The notes: generated from the sequence alone by a model not told the origin. Positions 35,974-51,051 are shown, counted from the stretch's first letter. The stretch is DNA of 64,000 bases from Antedon mediterranea (GCF_964355755.1 NC_092670.1:35576388-35640387), one strand, 5' to 3'. Translations and numbers: made by a program.

Positions 35974-36970
35974 ACTTTCGAAAACAACCGGGATACGCAT
36001 GTTGTATGGTCAGTAACGTTTAATTTCATAAACATAACATTTGGACGATCTGCTATTTAACAGTTGATTTTCTTTTAAAAAACCGAAATGGAAGATTAGA
36101 TCAGATCTAAATATTATATTTATTGACTGAATTGTGTATGAATCTTGCTGGCTGTAACAACATGTAGTAGGCCTAACATGCCTACTCTATTAAAATGGAA
36201 AATGGAAACAAAGTAAATTATTGTATTTTTTCTGTACAATAACATATTTATTGAACATTATAACTTTGAACTTGATAGTTCCTTATCAGGTACTGCCTCT
36301 GTTTAATGGTTCCCACTAGCGACGCTACGCAGCGACGTATCGACGCAAAGTGCTGTATTGTGTAATTACAATTGGGAACCGACGACGCAACAGTGCTTCC
36401 AACATCGTTGGTGAGGTTTCACGCAGGCGGGGGCAAACTCAATGATTGGAAGGGCATTTTCTTACGTTGCATAGGTTGCGTTGCTAGTGGGAACCAAGCT
36501 TTAGTGACATGATACTGACGACGATGTTTTTCATAGCGCTTTTGTCGTTTGATGATATTCATATTTTTTAAGTAGTTTATATCTGCTGCTGCTTTTACGG
36601 ATTTTTTCGAGAGCTTTTCCAACTTTCGTTAAGTCCTTGCCGATAGCGTAGAAAAAGTAACATAAACTTGAGTAAAACAAGCAGCAGCTGATATAAACTA
36701 CTTACAAAATTGTAAAACTTTTTCAAAATGTATAATACAATAAGCAATTGTTAATGATGTTGATAACGACGACGATATCATCTGTGACAAAGGTGAAAAC
36801 CATCTGCGTTTATCAATGGGTCAGTTTACTCAAACTTCAGGTTGGCCGCAAATCGAAAAAATAACCATTATTAATCATTGTATTGAATAGAATATTATTA
36901 TACAATTTAATTTCCTATACAAAAATATTATACAAACTGAAATACAATAACCAACGATTGTGATGTACAA

Positions 36971-38943
<1,973 letters not shown>

Positions 38944-39025
38944 TTCAGCAGCACAATATGATTATGTTCTTCCAATAAATTTCAATTTAACTGTGTCAAC
39001 TTTGTGCTTGATGTATCTTGGTTAC

Positions 39026-39038
39026 GTTTCTATGACAC
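39026..39038. promoter_or_regulatory. Candidate RFX X-box upstream of MORN2
   Basis: GTTTCTATGACAC, ~85 bp upstream of the MORN2 ATG, is an imperfect match to GTTNCCATGGNAAC. Confidence 0.35.
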
Positions 39039-39529
39039 GCCCATGGTGCCTGGATTTTAATTTTTTGTTTATGTTTATGTTTATTTTAGATATAATGGGT
39101 AAGTTTAGGCGTTTAAAGTTTATATTATGAAATTACACTTTAAAAGGTAATATAATTACTTGTTTAGATCTAATATTAATTAACCTGGAATTACTAGGCC
39201 TAGGTATAATATTCCTATTTATTCGACAAACATAAGGCACATTCATCACACCATAGCCAGTTAGAATACTGCCCTCACCCTGTAACAAAACGAAATTATA
39301 CGTACTCGTTTGTTTTGTACACGACGTACGTGTATGTGATGTTGTTCATGCGTCAAATTTTAGCTGTCATTTGTGTTTTTGGTATTCATGTAAGTTATAT
39401 ATACGAATAAATAGGATTTCCTAAATTAATACAAGATTAGGATATCCTCAATACATTATAGGCAATATACTTTTAAGCAAATAAAAAGCTAGGTTACTAA
39501 AAGAAGGCTAAGCCTAGGGCCTAGCTAGG

Positions 39530-40023
39530 GCAAAATCTCAAATACAACGTTTGCAGCGCTTGCAAAATATGGCAGCTAGAATTGTAACTTATACAAAATC
39601 AAACGCTCACATAACTCCTGTCCTGATGGATTTGCATTGGTTGCCTGTTCAACAACGTATTAAGTACAAACTTGCGTTGTTTGTATTCAAGATCCTAAAT
39701 GACAGTGCTCCTGCTTATTTATCTGACCTTGTGGATCGTTACGAATCATCCCGCAGAGGCCTACGATCATTGTCACAAAACCTTCTTCAAGAGCGTAGAG
39801 CGAAAAATCAGTGGGGTCAGAGATCTTTTTACGTTGCGGCCGCAAGTGTATGGAACAGCTTACCAGCAACAGTTAAATGCTCAACTAGTCTAAACAGTTT
39901 CAAGACCAACCTAAAGACGTCGCTATTCGCTGATGTTCTCGCACGTTGTTAATGCACAAAGCGCAATGAGCGCCACATGGGTGGAGGATACCGGCGCTAT
40001 ATAAGTTTTCATTTATTATTATT
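39530..40023 (+). mobile_element. L2-clade LINE 3' fragment
   Basis: LQRLQNMAARIV..HITPVLMDLHWLPVQQRIKYKL..WNSLP..FKTNLKT, then a GCGC..GGCGCTATATAAG stem and a (TTA)n tail. Confidence 0.85.
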
Positions 40024-40844
40024 AGGCCTAGTTAGGCTCTAGTCTAGGTTACTAGGCCTAGGCGGATGACGGTCGAAGCGGCCGCCAGTTCAATAACGGT
40101 AATTTGTATGGAACTCCGTGTGTGCTTTGATTGTCGTTGTTTTGTAATTTTTGATTGTCATTGTTTCGATCGACAGGTTTTCTTTTCCTCGGACGTAAAT
40201 AACAACCTACTGTACATTATTAATATCTATAGTAATTTATTCTCTTTTTTTACAGATTGAATGTGATACGTTCTTTTAAACGAAATGGCGAATCGATGAT
40301 TACTTCCTATAGGCTATATGTTTAATAAAGTCAATAAAATACATTGTGGTGTTTGTATTGTATATTAATATAATATATAATAAGCCAATTATTAAGAATA
40401 ATGTATATATTTTTTCAATAAAGTATAACAAAATATATATATATTTGTTATTGTATATTAATATATTAGTAAAGTAACTACTGTAAGTAGTACGTGTTCG
40501 CAAACATAATTTAATTACAATAACATGATGACATCAATTTATTTATTTAATATCCTAAATTGTTTTATACCTTCAGATATATAAATATTGATCAATTTAA
40601 AATGAGTTTTAAATAATAAAATAACATGCAAGTGTCTGTACGGTACGGTAATTAATTACGCGAATTTCTGCTAATAACTCGACTGGCGGCCGGCCAGGAA
40701 TAGTGCTGTAGAAGGTTGCGTTTTCGTCTTTACGTTGCTTTATTGAAAACACAAACAATGTATTACAATGGAATAACACTTAAATGTATAACACACCCTA
40801 TTACTAATCAATAAAAACAAGATTCGATAGTACAGTGTAAACTA

Positions 40845-41025
40845 AACGAGATATAAAAATTCTGCAATACCGTACGTAAATTATTATTGCAATAATGTAT
40901 AAAGATTCGATGTAAATGAGATATAAAGATTCGGCAATACCGTACGTAAATTATTAATGCAATACTGTATAAAGATTCGATAGTATGTAAATGAGATATA
41001 AATATTCGGCAATACCGTACGTAAA
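40845..41025. repeat. ~70-bp tandem repeat (~2.5 copies)
   Basis: GAGATATAAAGATTCGGCAATACCGTACGTAAA occurs three times. Confidence 0.8.
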
Positions 41026-41339
41026 GCCGTAGGCCTAGCTAGACTTTCTGATTTCTAGCCTGTGGTGTGCTACGAATTTATCCAGCGCCTCTTATTCTAG
41101 GCCCAGCAGTAGGCTAGGCCTAGGCTATCAATCATGGTGGTAAAGTACATGTTGTACTCGATTAACCCTCCCACTTCAGGCAAGCAGGAGTAAATTAATT
41201 AAGAATAATTAATAATAATAACAAACATTTTATTTTACAGTAGGCCTATTTCTTATTTTTTCAGACTTTTTAAACCTTGATTGATATGACGACAGGTAGT
41301 AAATAGAAATAGGACGAAAGGCAGTTTAGAAATAAATAA

Positions 41340-43396
41340 ATGGCAGAACCAGAACCAACAAAAGAGAATGACACATGTCCTCTTGCAACCACAAAAACAA
41401 AGAGAAATGTTGGACCAAAGTCTAAGAGACAGAAAATCAATCAAAATAAAGAAGACATTCAGAATGATATGACTGATAACCATGAAGAACAGAAAGATGA
41501 AGAAAATAGTGTGAAAAATAATAGCAGTATTGAAAACCAAGATTGGCAACCTCTTGTATTTCCGACTAAAGGTAAAATTAAATTTGAGGATTTTAAAAAC
41601 ATAATTCTTGCATTTGGAGGTGTCCCCTTAGGTGTTCTCCACTACGTTTTAACATTAAATAACATTAAACAATGTAGGGACCAATTATAAGGTTTAAAAG
41701 AGAGATACCGTAATATTTAAGTTTAGCAATTTAATTTTTTTTTTTTTAATATCTTTAGTAGATGAAACTATGTTACCACTTCATGTTGTCGTCGAATATA
41801 TTTCAACATTTGAGCCAGAACGCAAGCAACACTTTTTGTTCCTGGCACACGACCTATCCTTACGGAACCTAACACACACAGTGCTCAATAAAGTTGGATT
41901 CCGCAATCTGGATAAATTATATACATTTGAAGGTATGGATGAGATAAGATATGCAGTGGTAATGGCTAGGGAATTTCTGCTACAGTAGAGTGGCATGAAG
42001 ACCAATAAGTTACAAAATTTAAGTTTTTAATTGAAGAACCGATACCAGAAAAGAGTGGGTTCAGTAGATATAATACATCCGTAGATATAATACAAATTCA
42101 TCCGATTATCTGTGCTGTATCACCACATGCTAGACACATAAATTCTGTAATACACTACAGTGTCAATATGTACTGTTTCATATGTGGTTTCTGTATTGTA
42201 TTAAGGTTAGATGTAAGACCTCTCATACAGGTATCATGTGGTACATATTTGACACTTTTATAGAATTTGCCTATGATATTGGACAAATTATACATACCAG
42301 GATTTAACTAACCAATGTATTATAAATATTTACAGGACGTCTTCAGATTGGGTCGTTGAAACCGCTTACTTTCAGTACTATTACAGACAACCTTGATGAC
42401 TCTATTGAGAACTTGTTTAAGTCAATTATTTCCAATGTAATTCTGTACATCAAAGTAAAAAAGATGTAAGTTTCTTTCTATTCTTTAAAACTTTCTTTGA
42501 TTCTGTAATAATCTGTAGATCTTGAATTTTGTTGACTGAGACTTCTATGTCATTGTGGTAGAGTTCATAGTATTGTATATTTCAATTTTAGACTCGATGA
42601 CACCAATGAAGAAGAAAGACTAAACTATCAAGAGGTACGGCTGATACGTGGCACAGGATACCTTATTAATGATTACTTCTATGTTAGCGATCGGCAAAGT
42701 GATAGAAAGGACGTTCTATATTTGCGCTGCAATCGTCAACGACAAGGTAACTGTCCTTCTCGTGCTCGGATTCTTCGTGAGCTTGGATGTGCAGTGTTGG
42801 CAAATAAAAATCACAACCACCCGCCACCTAATGTACATAAGCACGAGTTTATGCATCGTTGCCGGAACGATTCCCGTGACCCTAAAAAATTTAGTAGAAA
42901 TTTAAAAGATATATATGATGAGATTTGTGAAGATGTTTTAAATTGTAGTGATGAACAATTATCAGAAGCTCAGCAGGCAGTCCAGGACTGGGACAGTGTT
43001 AAAAAAATTATGCAGAAATGCCGCAGTCGTGGATTGAAACTTCATCGGGCGAATTTGAAGGACAGCGATTCTCTTTCAAACTTTTATGTTATGGCTAACA
43101 AATCAAAACGAATGAAAATGGAAAACGATACACCAGATAATTCATCTAGGACTGAGGACAACTCTACAAATCAGGAATTTATTTCACTTCGGGACACTAC
43201 CTTCTTTAGTGCTGTGCCACAAATAAATTTACCATCAGGTAATAGTGTACCGCTAATGGTTGATGGTGTTAGGAGTGAACCTCTTCCAGTTAATAATGCA
43301 CATCAGACATATAATAATAGTCAGTACCACATGAATACAAATTGGACTACAACAGAAAACTTTATGGTGCATGTGCAGACATCCAGTACAAATTAA
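41340..43396 (+). CDS. Protein with SATB/DVE-type ubiquitin-like (ULD/COMPASS) domain followed by a FLYWCH-type zinc finger (~446 aa)
   Basis: Exons 41340-41571, 41759-41932, 42336-42465 and 42592-43396 are in frame with GT-AG. MLPLHVVVE..VLNKVGF..GRLQIGSLKPLTFSTITD..ENLFKSIISNVILYIKV resembles the SATB1 ULD (MLPVFCVVE..LGY..GLIQVGKWNPVPLSYVTD..VVTLKIQL). The last exon encodes YLINDYFY..YLRC-x7-CPSRA..HNHPP. Confidence 0.78.
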
Positions 43397-43789
43397 ACAA
43401 AAGTGGTGTTTATCGTTGGTCAGTCTTTTTGTATAAAGCAAGTGGATAAGATGGATATGCTATAATGCATTGCCAAACAATAGATTAATAAAGAATAAAT
43501 GTTGTGTTATTGTACCACAGTTTCAATTTATTAATTGGTAATCACTAATAAAGTCAAACTACTGTAAATAATTAAAAACCTGCAGCTCCTTGGATAGATT
43601 TTTAAATAATTTTGAATAAATAATAATAAGGTGGCAGTATTATATGATACTCTGACAAACTGTACATTGGACTGCTGCTTTTATATTGCTTTATAATGAA
43701 TAAAAAACATCTGTAATTAAGTTTTTATATCGCTAGCGACATTAAGAACTATCGCCTCTGCTATCAGGCCAATGGCATTTAACTCCTAA

Positions 43790-45690
43790 ATATTAACTCT
43801 AAATAAATAATCCATCGATTGTTGCATTCACCAAATAACACCAATCTTTAAATCTGGAGACAAACCTAACGTTAACAATTACCGTCCCATTTCTGTTCTT
43901 TCTATTTTTGCCAAAACCTTTGAACGTATAATTTATGATAGGACGTATTCCTTCATTCAAAAACACCAAATTCTCTGCGAGAATCAATACGGTTTTCGTT
44001 AAGGATACGATTCAGCAATGGCCCTCCTGCAACTCACTAATGATATTATGCCATTGAAAACAATAAATTTGCTTCTGGTATTTTCATAGATCTTTCTTTG
44101 ACACCATAGACCATTCAAAATTATGGTATTCGCGGAATCACTAACAACCTCTTTAATAGTTATCTCTCAAACAGACTCCAATTTACCAAATTCAATAATG
44201 CTTCCTCCAAATTCCTTCCTATATCTCATGGTGTCCACCAAGGTTCTTTACTAGGCTCTCTACTTTTTTTTACTTTACAAGTCCTTGTCCTTTGAAACAC
44301 CAAAAAAAGAAGGTCAAAATATTCTAAATTTAAAGTGGCCATATCAAAGTAATATTAAAGTTATTCACTTTAAGTCGAAAATTTAAGCCAAAAACAACAA
44401 GTTTACGTAATTAACAGGTAAATTAGTTTGATTACATTTCATCTGGAAAATCGTCACGAGCGAAAGTAAACAAAGATTTCAAACCATGAGTACGCATTAT
44501 GCATATGCTAAATTAGGATTGTTTACAACTCGTCACGGTTAAGAAGGTATTTTCACACACAGATCATGAGGAAGTTTTATGATTATGCATACAGGGTAGC
44601 CAAACAAGCGTATTTCATTATGGGATATGTTTGGATTGAAAACTTTGACTGGAAGTCAAAGTTATTTTTTTAACAAAAAAACGTCTGTATTTCAGTAAAA
44701 AAAAATTTTTTTTCAAAACATTTTTGGTGATAGTTAATAACTATTATCAAAATGACCCACCTTTTTTCGAAATCTTTAATTTTTTTATTTTTTTGGAATT
44801 AGTCAAAGGGACAATACATCTTTAATGATATTAACGCATCCTCTAATAAACTTTCTTTTTTCCTTTACGCTGATGATACCACCGCCCTTTATACCAATAA
44901 GAACTTCCAGTAACTTGTTAAAACTGTTAATCAAGAGCTTGTTTTTAATTATTTTTCAGAAAATAAGCTTTCAGTTAATACCAAAAAATGCTGTGCAATT
45001 TTTTTTCGGAATCCAAACAAGAATATTCCTTTGATGCATGGACAGATTGAAATTAACAAATATATAATTCAAATTGTAAACAATACTAAATTTTTGGGCG
45101 ATTCAGGGATTCAGGTCTTGTGGAAACCGCATAAAAAGATCTCCAAAAACATTGGTATTATTGTTAGACTTTCTTTCTTTATTCCATGCCATATCCCCTC
45201 CGTACCCTTTACTGTAGCCGAATCCTTCCATATCTTAATTACTGCAATATTGTATAGTGCAACACACCTATGATCAATCAAACACAATTAATAGCCTCTT
45301 TGTTAAGCAAAAGAAGGCCGTTCGCATTATCACTGGCGCTCAACCTTTAGCCCACACTGACCAACTATTCTCATCTCTTAATTTACTTAAACTTAAAGAC
45401 ATTAATATACTCCAACAAAGCAATTTTCTTTATTCTTTAACCAACGGCTTATACTCTCCTCAATTCTGTACTTTATTTCATTCTTATTCTTACTACCATA
45501 CTTACCCTTACTAGAGAGAGCCGCAACCAACTTGCATATTCCCCAGCATAAAAAACATCATTCCAACTCAACATCAGATTCAGTGGTCCCAAAATTTAGA
45601 ATAATTTACCCATCAAAATCAAGAATTTAACAACGAAGAAAAGCTTTTCATATAATTTCAAACGCCATACTTTCATTCAATAATAAAAAG
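43790..45690 (+). mobile_element. Degenerate LINE reverse transcriptase (CR1/L2 group), split by a MITE
   Basis: PIFKSGD..NNYRPISVL..K.FERII..NQYGFR, GVHQGSLLG, FLYADDT and KQKKAVRIIT, with stops and frameshifts. Confidence 0.85.
44277..44821 (-). mobile_element. Kolobok-like non-autonomous element inserted in the LINE RT
   Basis: Ends GGGACAATACATCT|TTAA. 44397-44821 is a near-identical reverse complement of 63575-64000. The RT reading frame resumes at 44822. The left boundary is approximate. Confidence 0.8.
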
Positions 45691-45949
45691 GGGAAAAATA
45701 CCGCTAGGCTACTCATTACAGTTACAGCTGCTTTTGTTGACCCTTTCTGTTTTTCTGTTTTACACTTCTTTTAATGTTGTAATCTCATAATTTACAAATG
45801 TAAATTTAAAGAAATGTTATAAGCATTTATTTATGTATTGAATTGAGAGGAGTTACTGTTTTAATTTATACAAGATATATAATGTTTTAACCGAGCGGTA
45901 ACACGCAGGTTTAATAATGATTTTGCGAAATCGCTTAAAATTAAATGAA

Positions 45950-46113
45950 AATGTTTTCCTTAAAAAAATGCAATTTAAAGCATGGTCTAATTGGCTGCCA
46001 GCCAATGGATTTTATAAGTGAAAACATTATTTGTTTCCGTTTTTTTTTCTATGAGCGAGTAACATTTAATTAATCTTCATTTTTCATGTTTTTGGGGGAC
46101 AATACATCTTTAA
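45950..46113 (+). mobile_element. Partial Kolobok-like MITE
   Basis: TTGGCTGCCAGCCAATG and GGGGACAATACATCT|TTAA, as in 23123-23420. Confidence 0.65.
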
Positions 46114-46279
46114 GCTTATAAAATACAATAATCCGAACAAAAGCCAATTTAGGTTGTATAAAAACATTTATTAACTGACAACACACATAAAATACAAGTC
46201 AAAATATTGGTCACTATTGCAGTTCAAATTATTCAATTCCAAAATGTTCAAAACGGCAGCTCATTTTCAAGTCCCTGGA

Positions 46280-46657
46280 TCAGTTGCTGCTGCTTGTGTA
46301 TTTTGTGACCGCCTTCGTTCCTTCACTGACCGCATGCTTAGCAAGTTCTCCCGGCAAAAGTAGTCTCACTGCCGTCTGCACTTCTCGGCTACTTATGGTA
46401 GATTTCTTGTTGTACTGAGCCAATCTTGATCCTTCATTTGCAATACGTTGAAATATATCGTTCACGAAACTGTTCATGATTCCCATAGCTCGGCTTGAAA
46501 TACCAGTGTCTGGGTGGACTTGCTTCAACACCTTGTAGATGTAGATATTGTAGCTCTCCTTTCGTTTACGTTTGTTTTTCCTGCTTGGATTCGACGAAAC
46601 CGCCATCTTAGAACCAGATTTATTAGCAGCTTTTCCAATGTTACTCTTTTTCGGCAT
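46280..46657 (-). CDS. H2B: Histone H2B (variant, intronless, no 3' stem-loop)
   Basis: [59 protein letters not shown]; AATAAA ~110 bp after the stop. Confidence 0.97.
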   Translation of the reverse strand: MPKKSNIGKAANKSGSKMAVSSNPSRKNKRKRKESYNIYIYKVLKQVHPDTGISSRAMGIMNSFVNDIFQRIANEGSRLAQYNKKSTISSREVQTAVRLLLPGELAKHAVSEGTKAVTKYTSSSN

Positions 46658-46752
46658 TTTGGTAGATTCAGGTTATAACTCACAGAAGATACAAGAGAAG
46701 TGTTCAGTTCCAGTTCAGTGTTGGATTTGACTGAGAAGACGTCAAATCATTG

Positions 46753-46811
46753 TATTTATAGTGAAGCTCATTTGCATAAAGGTGCAAATTATTTTTCGTA
46801 GCCTTGATTGG
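46753..46811 (-). promoter_or_regulatory. H2B promoter: TATA, octamer, CCAAT
   Basis: TATAAATA (minus strand, 46753-46760), ATTTGCAT (46770-46777) and CCAAT (minus strand, 46807-46811): the classic H2B arrangement. Confidence 0.8.
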
Positions 46812-46964
46812 TCGAAATGTATAGCCAGGTGTTTCCTCTTGAAAGCGTAAAACACTAGAGGTATGTTATTTCACACAAAGGCCGTTTAAGTAAACAAAAT
46901 GAATTGTCTACGCCGTGGATGTCAGGCATTGTGTCGAAGTATACGGTTCTACGTGGTATATTTT

Positions 46965-47106
46965 GATTATCATAAAAAACACTCTACGAAGTTGTATGTA
47001 GATTATAAAAAACACTGTACAAAGTTGTATGTAGATTATAAAAATGACTTTACGAAGTTGTATGTAGATTATAAAAAACACTGTACATAAAAGTTGTATG
47101 TAGATT
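46965..47106. repeat. 33-bp minisatellite (~4 copies)
   Basis: GATTATAAAAAACACTGTACAAAGTTGTATGTA variants. Confidence 0.85.
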
Positions 47107-48563
47107 CGTATTGTGATTGCATTGACAAATGGTAATCAAAAATTATCATAAATGATTAATAAATTATTGGCCTAAATACAGTAATCCTAAATGAGTATTC
47201 ATGATGATTATTATTGGGGGTCACGGTTCATACTAGGACGCCACGGAAGTACATATATAATATAACGTATGGACGCAAATAAACAAGTTCCGTGCGTGAG
47301 CGCGTGTGGGAACCGATGACGTAGCAGCACGGTGCCGTAGACGTAATATTCAAAACCGTTTTCACATTTGCGCGTACGTCACAACCAAAACTTGTCCTCA
47401 TAAATATGTCAATTGTATTAATAATAGTAATAATATTCTTGGATTTAAAGCGTAGGCCTAAAGAGAGAGTAATAGTAAATAAATGAAAAGCAAATTGTTG
47501 AAACGATGCGATGACATTAATGTGCTTATTAATACATTGTATTAGTTTATATGTATGTGTATTGTTTCTGGGGTCTTTCTCGAGACAAGAAACTTGATTT
47601 CTTCTAGAGAAGACCCCAAATGATGGCTTATTACCTTGTTTTCGTTTAAATAATGTACACACCTATATATTACACTGTAAAATAATATGCCATTGTTGAA
47701 CAAATAAATGTTTTTTGAACTGAACTGTTTTTTAGTAAACTGCACGCATTATCTGGCATTTGTTGGCCAAATATCTAGTAATTTGCTTAATGATCTTTGA
47801 TACAATAATTTTATTTTGTTTTTACAATGGTTCTATGATGGTACCGAAACGTCAATCTCTATTTTGTCATTAAACATTTTGTATTGAAATTATTACTTCT
47901 TTCGAGTCGGAATTTAATTTTTACAAAAATTACGCCGAATTTCCGCAATTTGAGAACATTTTTCAAATCTAAAAAACCGTTCATTAATATTTTTTTGCTA
48001 TCCCTAGTAAATACTGTAGGCCTACCGGTAAAGTTTTAGTTGTCTTGGTGTTTTGAATTTGCCATTTTGTAAATTTCAATCTGACAGTTTAGATATGTAG
48101 GCCTACTTACTCAATTGTTTTAACTTTATCCGTTTTCAATTCGTTATTTTAATTGGGTTAGTTTGTATTGACCGCACCATAGCTTGATGTGACGTTAAAT
48201 CATGGACCAAATGAATAAGTGTGCTCATGGTCCTACGAATCATAAAGTGAATATAACTTCAAATGTTTCATTATTTCTATAGAAATTAAATATATTGTCT
48301 ACAATATTTATATTATGAGAAAGCATTTCTTCTGACCATCTACAAAGAAATATGTTTTCAATTTTACATGGGATGTAGGACTGTGCATATTTAGGCGTCT
48401 TTAAAAGGCCTAGCTAGTACATACTTAAAACTAGCTAAGACAAACAAAGCGTGACGAACACAACATAGCGATTAGCGTAGGCCTAGCCTCGCCATAATTT
48501 CGTTTTTTGAGACACGCGCTGAAACCCGACAACAGTGTGTATAATAGTGGTAGCGTGCTGATG

Positions 48564-49879
48564 CAGTGGTGGCGCCAGCGGGGGGGGGGGGGGGGGCTAC
48601 GGGGGCTCTAGCCCCCTCGTCGGAGAGCCTAGCCCCCCCCGTCGGGGAACACGGGTACTTTTTGTCGGGGAATATAATATACAGTAAAAAACGTTCGCGT
48701 TCACTTCATATAGCTTCAGCGCCTAGAAAACCACGACGTTCCATTGACCGTGAGAGTACGTCAGAGGGCTATTATGCACTTTATATGCATTCATTATTGC
48801 CAGCAATCTAACTTACTACTAAACAATAGCTAGGTTCGCACTTGTCTCTCTGGCGGTATCCCTTTGTACGAATCGTTCAACGTTGGGTCGAGACGCGTGA
48901 TATCATGTTCCATCCAGGGACCAAAATGTGTACTGTAGTTATTTTCCAGGCGAAGTTTACTGACGGTTACGTCGTGTACTGCGTCGACGTACGGTACACT
49001 ACAGCAAAAACGAATTACGTTAATTGTTCGTAAGTTCACCAATTTTTTTAATTTACAAGTAACCTTCTGTACCGTGGGGCACCTAAAATAAATTTTTCAT
49101 CCATTACTATAAACAAAAAAACATGCCATTTTCGCTTAGTCAACATCTTATTATAGCTAAGTTATTACATTTTCAATGTCCTGTATGTCATGAATTTCTC
49201 ACCACTCGGAAGTCCAGATGGCACGCACGCATCCATACACTTGGGAGGAATAAACTTATTTCCCCGACTGAAAAAGGTCTACGCTTGCGTTTTTTAAGCC
49301 TCTAGGCCTGATGTTTTCGAAGTATAAAATGCAATTTTTTGAAGACCTGCAGCTATAGTTTTAAACAGTTTCTTAGCTCAGCCCCAACAATAAAGCTGGT
49401 CATATTTCGAAGTACAAGAAGTGCATTTTCCGGGACCTAACATCTCTATTTTTCAAAACATTTCTTAGTTCAGTCACAACCTTGATAGGGACTTATATAT
49501 TTTGTTTCATGTTTTGAAGTATAGGCCTAATAAGTCCAATTTCCGGGACCTCCAACTCTATTTTTCTAAATTTTCTTTGAACTTTTATTTTTTAAATTGA
49601 AAAATATGGATTGAAACAGTCATCGCGCATCGTTTTTTTTGCACGCAGTATTTTATTTATGCATTATAAAAAATGGAAAAAATGGCTACCCTAGATCTGA
49701 TTAAAATGACCTCAAATGACGCTAGAACGCGTTGCTTCCGGGGGCTTCGCCCCCTGGACCCCCACCGGGGGCCCTTGGCGGCCCCCTGGCCCCCAGCCTA
49801 GTGATGCTCGCTTCGCTCGCATAGCCCCCTCGTCGGGGAATGTAGCCCCCGCGTCGGGAAGATCCTGGCGCCACCCCTG
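48564..49879. mobile_element. Non-autonomous hAT element with 8-bp TSD
   Basis: TIR CAGTGGTGGCGCCAG / CTGGCGCCACCCCTG; TGCTGATG at 48556-48563 and 49880-49887; GC-rich subterminal TAGCCCCC repeats. Confidence 0.92.
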
Positions 49880-49911
49880 TGCTGATGGTACGATACTATT
49901 TATTAAATTAT

Positions 49912-50093
49912 GATAAATATGCCTAAATTGTCGGTTTATTTCTTTAGATTTGTTGTGGTAGTCCTACTTGAGCACACATGCTAGGTCCAGACCACCTAGC
50001 CCAGTTAAAACCAACATGATAGGTCGAAATGCAAAAACAGGGGCCAGCGAATAGTCTAGGAGTTCTACAACTGACAATTTAGGCATATTTATC
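49912..50093. repeat. Small inverted-repeat element
   Basis: GATAAATATGCCTAAATTGTC ... GACAATTTAGGCATATTTATC (21-bp IR). Confidence 0.7.
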
Positions 50094-50569
50094 GTTTGTT
50101 AAATATATAATCCACGTAAGTGAAACACATGAAATAATATTTGTATTTGTATTATTGTATTGCTTATTCTTAAGCCTATATTACCCACTTTGTTTTAATT
50201 CCAAAATTAGAAATAAGTTCACCTAGTGCTGCTCGATGGCGGTTTTTATAATAACGATCGAGCTAATCTTATTGGTCCGAAGTCGGGTCACACTATCCAG
50301 CTGGTATTCGATTAGTTGGCATACTGCCATTGGTTAATAAGGTTAGTGGACATGCGAAGATTTTTATATTAAAAAGGAAATACATAACCACAAAGTACTT
50401 TTATAAAACAAGTTTTATTCTAATCAAATAACACAAATAAAATATACAAAAATTGGCTGTATACACAGCCTTAATAAATAGATATATAATAAAGTTCCAT
50501 AGTGTGAAGTTTTTCATTTACTGCTACAAGGTCTTTAGTACTGCTGTAATGTTTCTAGTTCTGCAATGT

Positions 50570-50944
50570 CTAGTTGCAACTTGTGTATTTTGTGACGGCC
50601 TTCGTTCCTTCACTGACCGCATGCTTAGCAAGTTCTCCCGGCAAAAGTAGTCTCACTGCCGTCTGCACCTCTCGGCTACTTATGGTAGATTTCTTGTTGT
50701 ACTGAGCCAATCTGGATGCCTCATTTGCAATTCGTTCAAATATATCGTTCACGAAACTGTTCATGATTCCCATAGCGCGGCTTGAAATACCAGTGTCTGG
50801 GTGGACTTGCTTCAACACCTTGTAGATGTAGATATTGTAGCTCTCCTTTCGTTTACGTTTGTTTTTTCTGCTTGAACTACTGGCGACAGCCATTTTAGTG
50901 CCAGCTTTCTTTCCTGCTTTACCAGATGTTGGTTTTGGAGCCAT
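50570..50944 (-). CDS. H2B: Histone H2B (124 aa, no 3' stem-loop)
   Basis: [15 protein letters not shown]..canonical H2B fold..KYTSCN. The start is placed at the ATG at 50944, downstream of the TATA; AATAAA lies ~150 bp after the stop. Confidence 0.97.
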   Translation of the reverse strand: MAPKPTSGKAGKKAGTKMAVASSSSRKNKRKRKESYNIYIYKVLKQVHPDTGISSRAMGIMNSFVNDIFERIANEASRLAQYNKKSTISSREVQTAVRLLLPGELAKHAVSEGTKAVTKYTSCN

Positions 50945-51051
50945 GTTGATAACTAAGGTTTTGTTTTTCACTTCAAGCAATAGGCATATATCTATGAGAA
51001 CTGTTTGGAACGGATCATTTGCGGTTACTGTATATAACAAACTGTTATTAC

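Noticed and set aside
47820-47875. Penelope-type hammerhead ribozyme remnant (GGTTCTATGATGGTACCGAAACGTC)
   Set aside because: GAAAC is present but the CTGATGA core is absent; too degenerate to call.
50945-51040. 32-aa N-terminal extension of H2B in the ORF track
   Set aside because: It begins at a non-ATG codon adjacent to the TATA box; the ATG at 50944 gives a normal H2B start.
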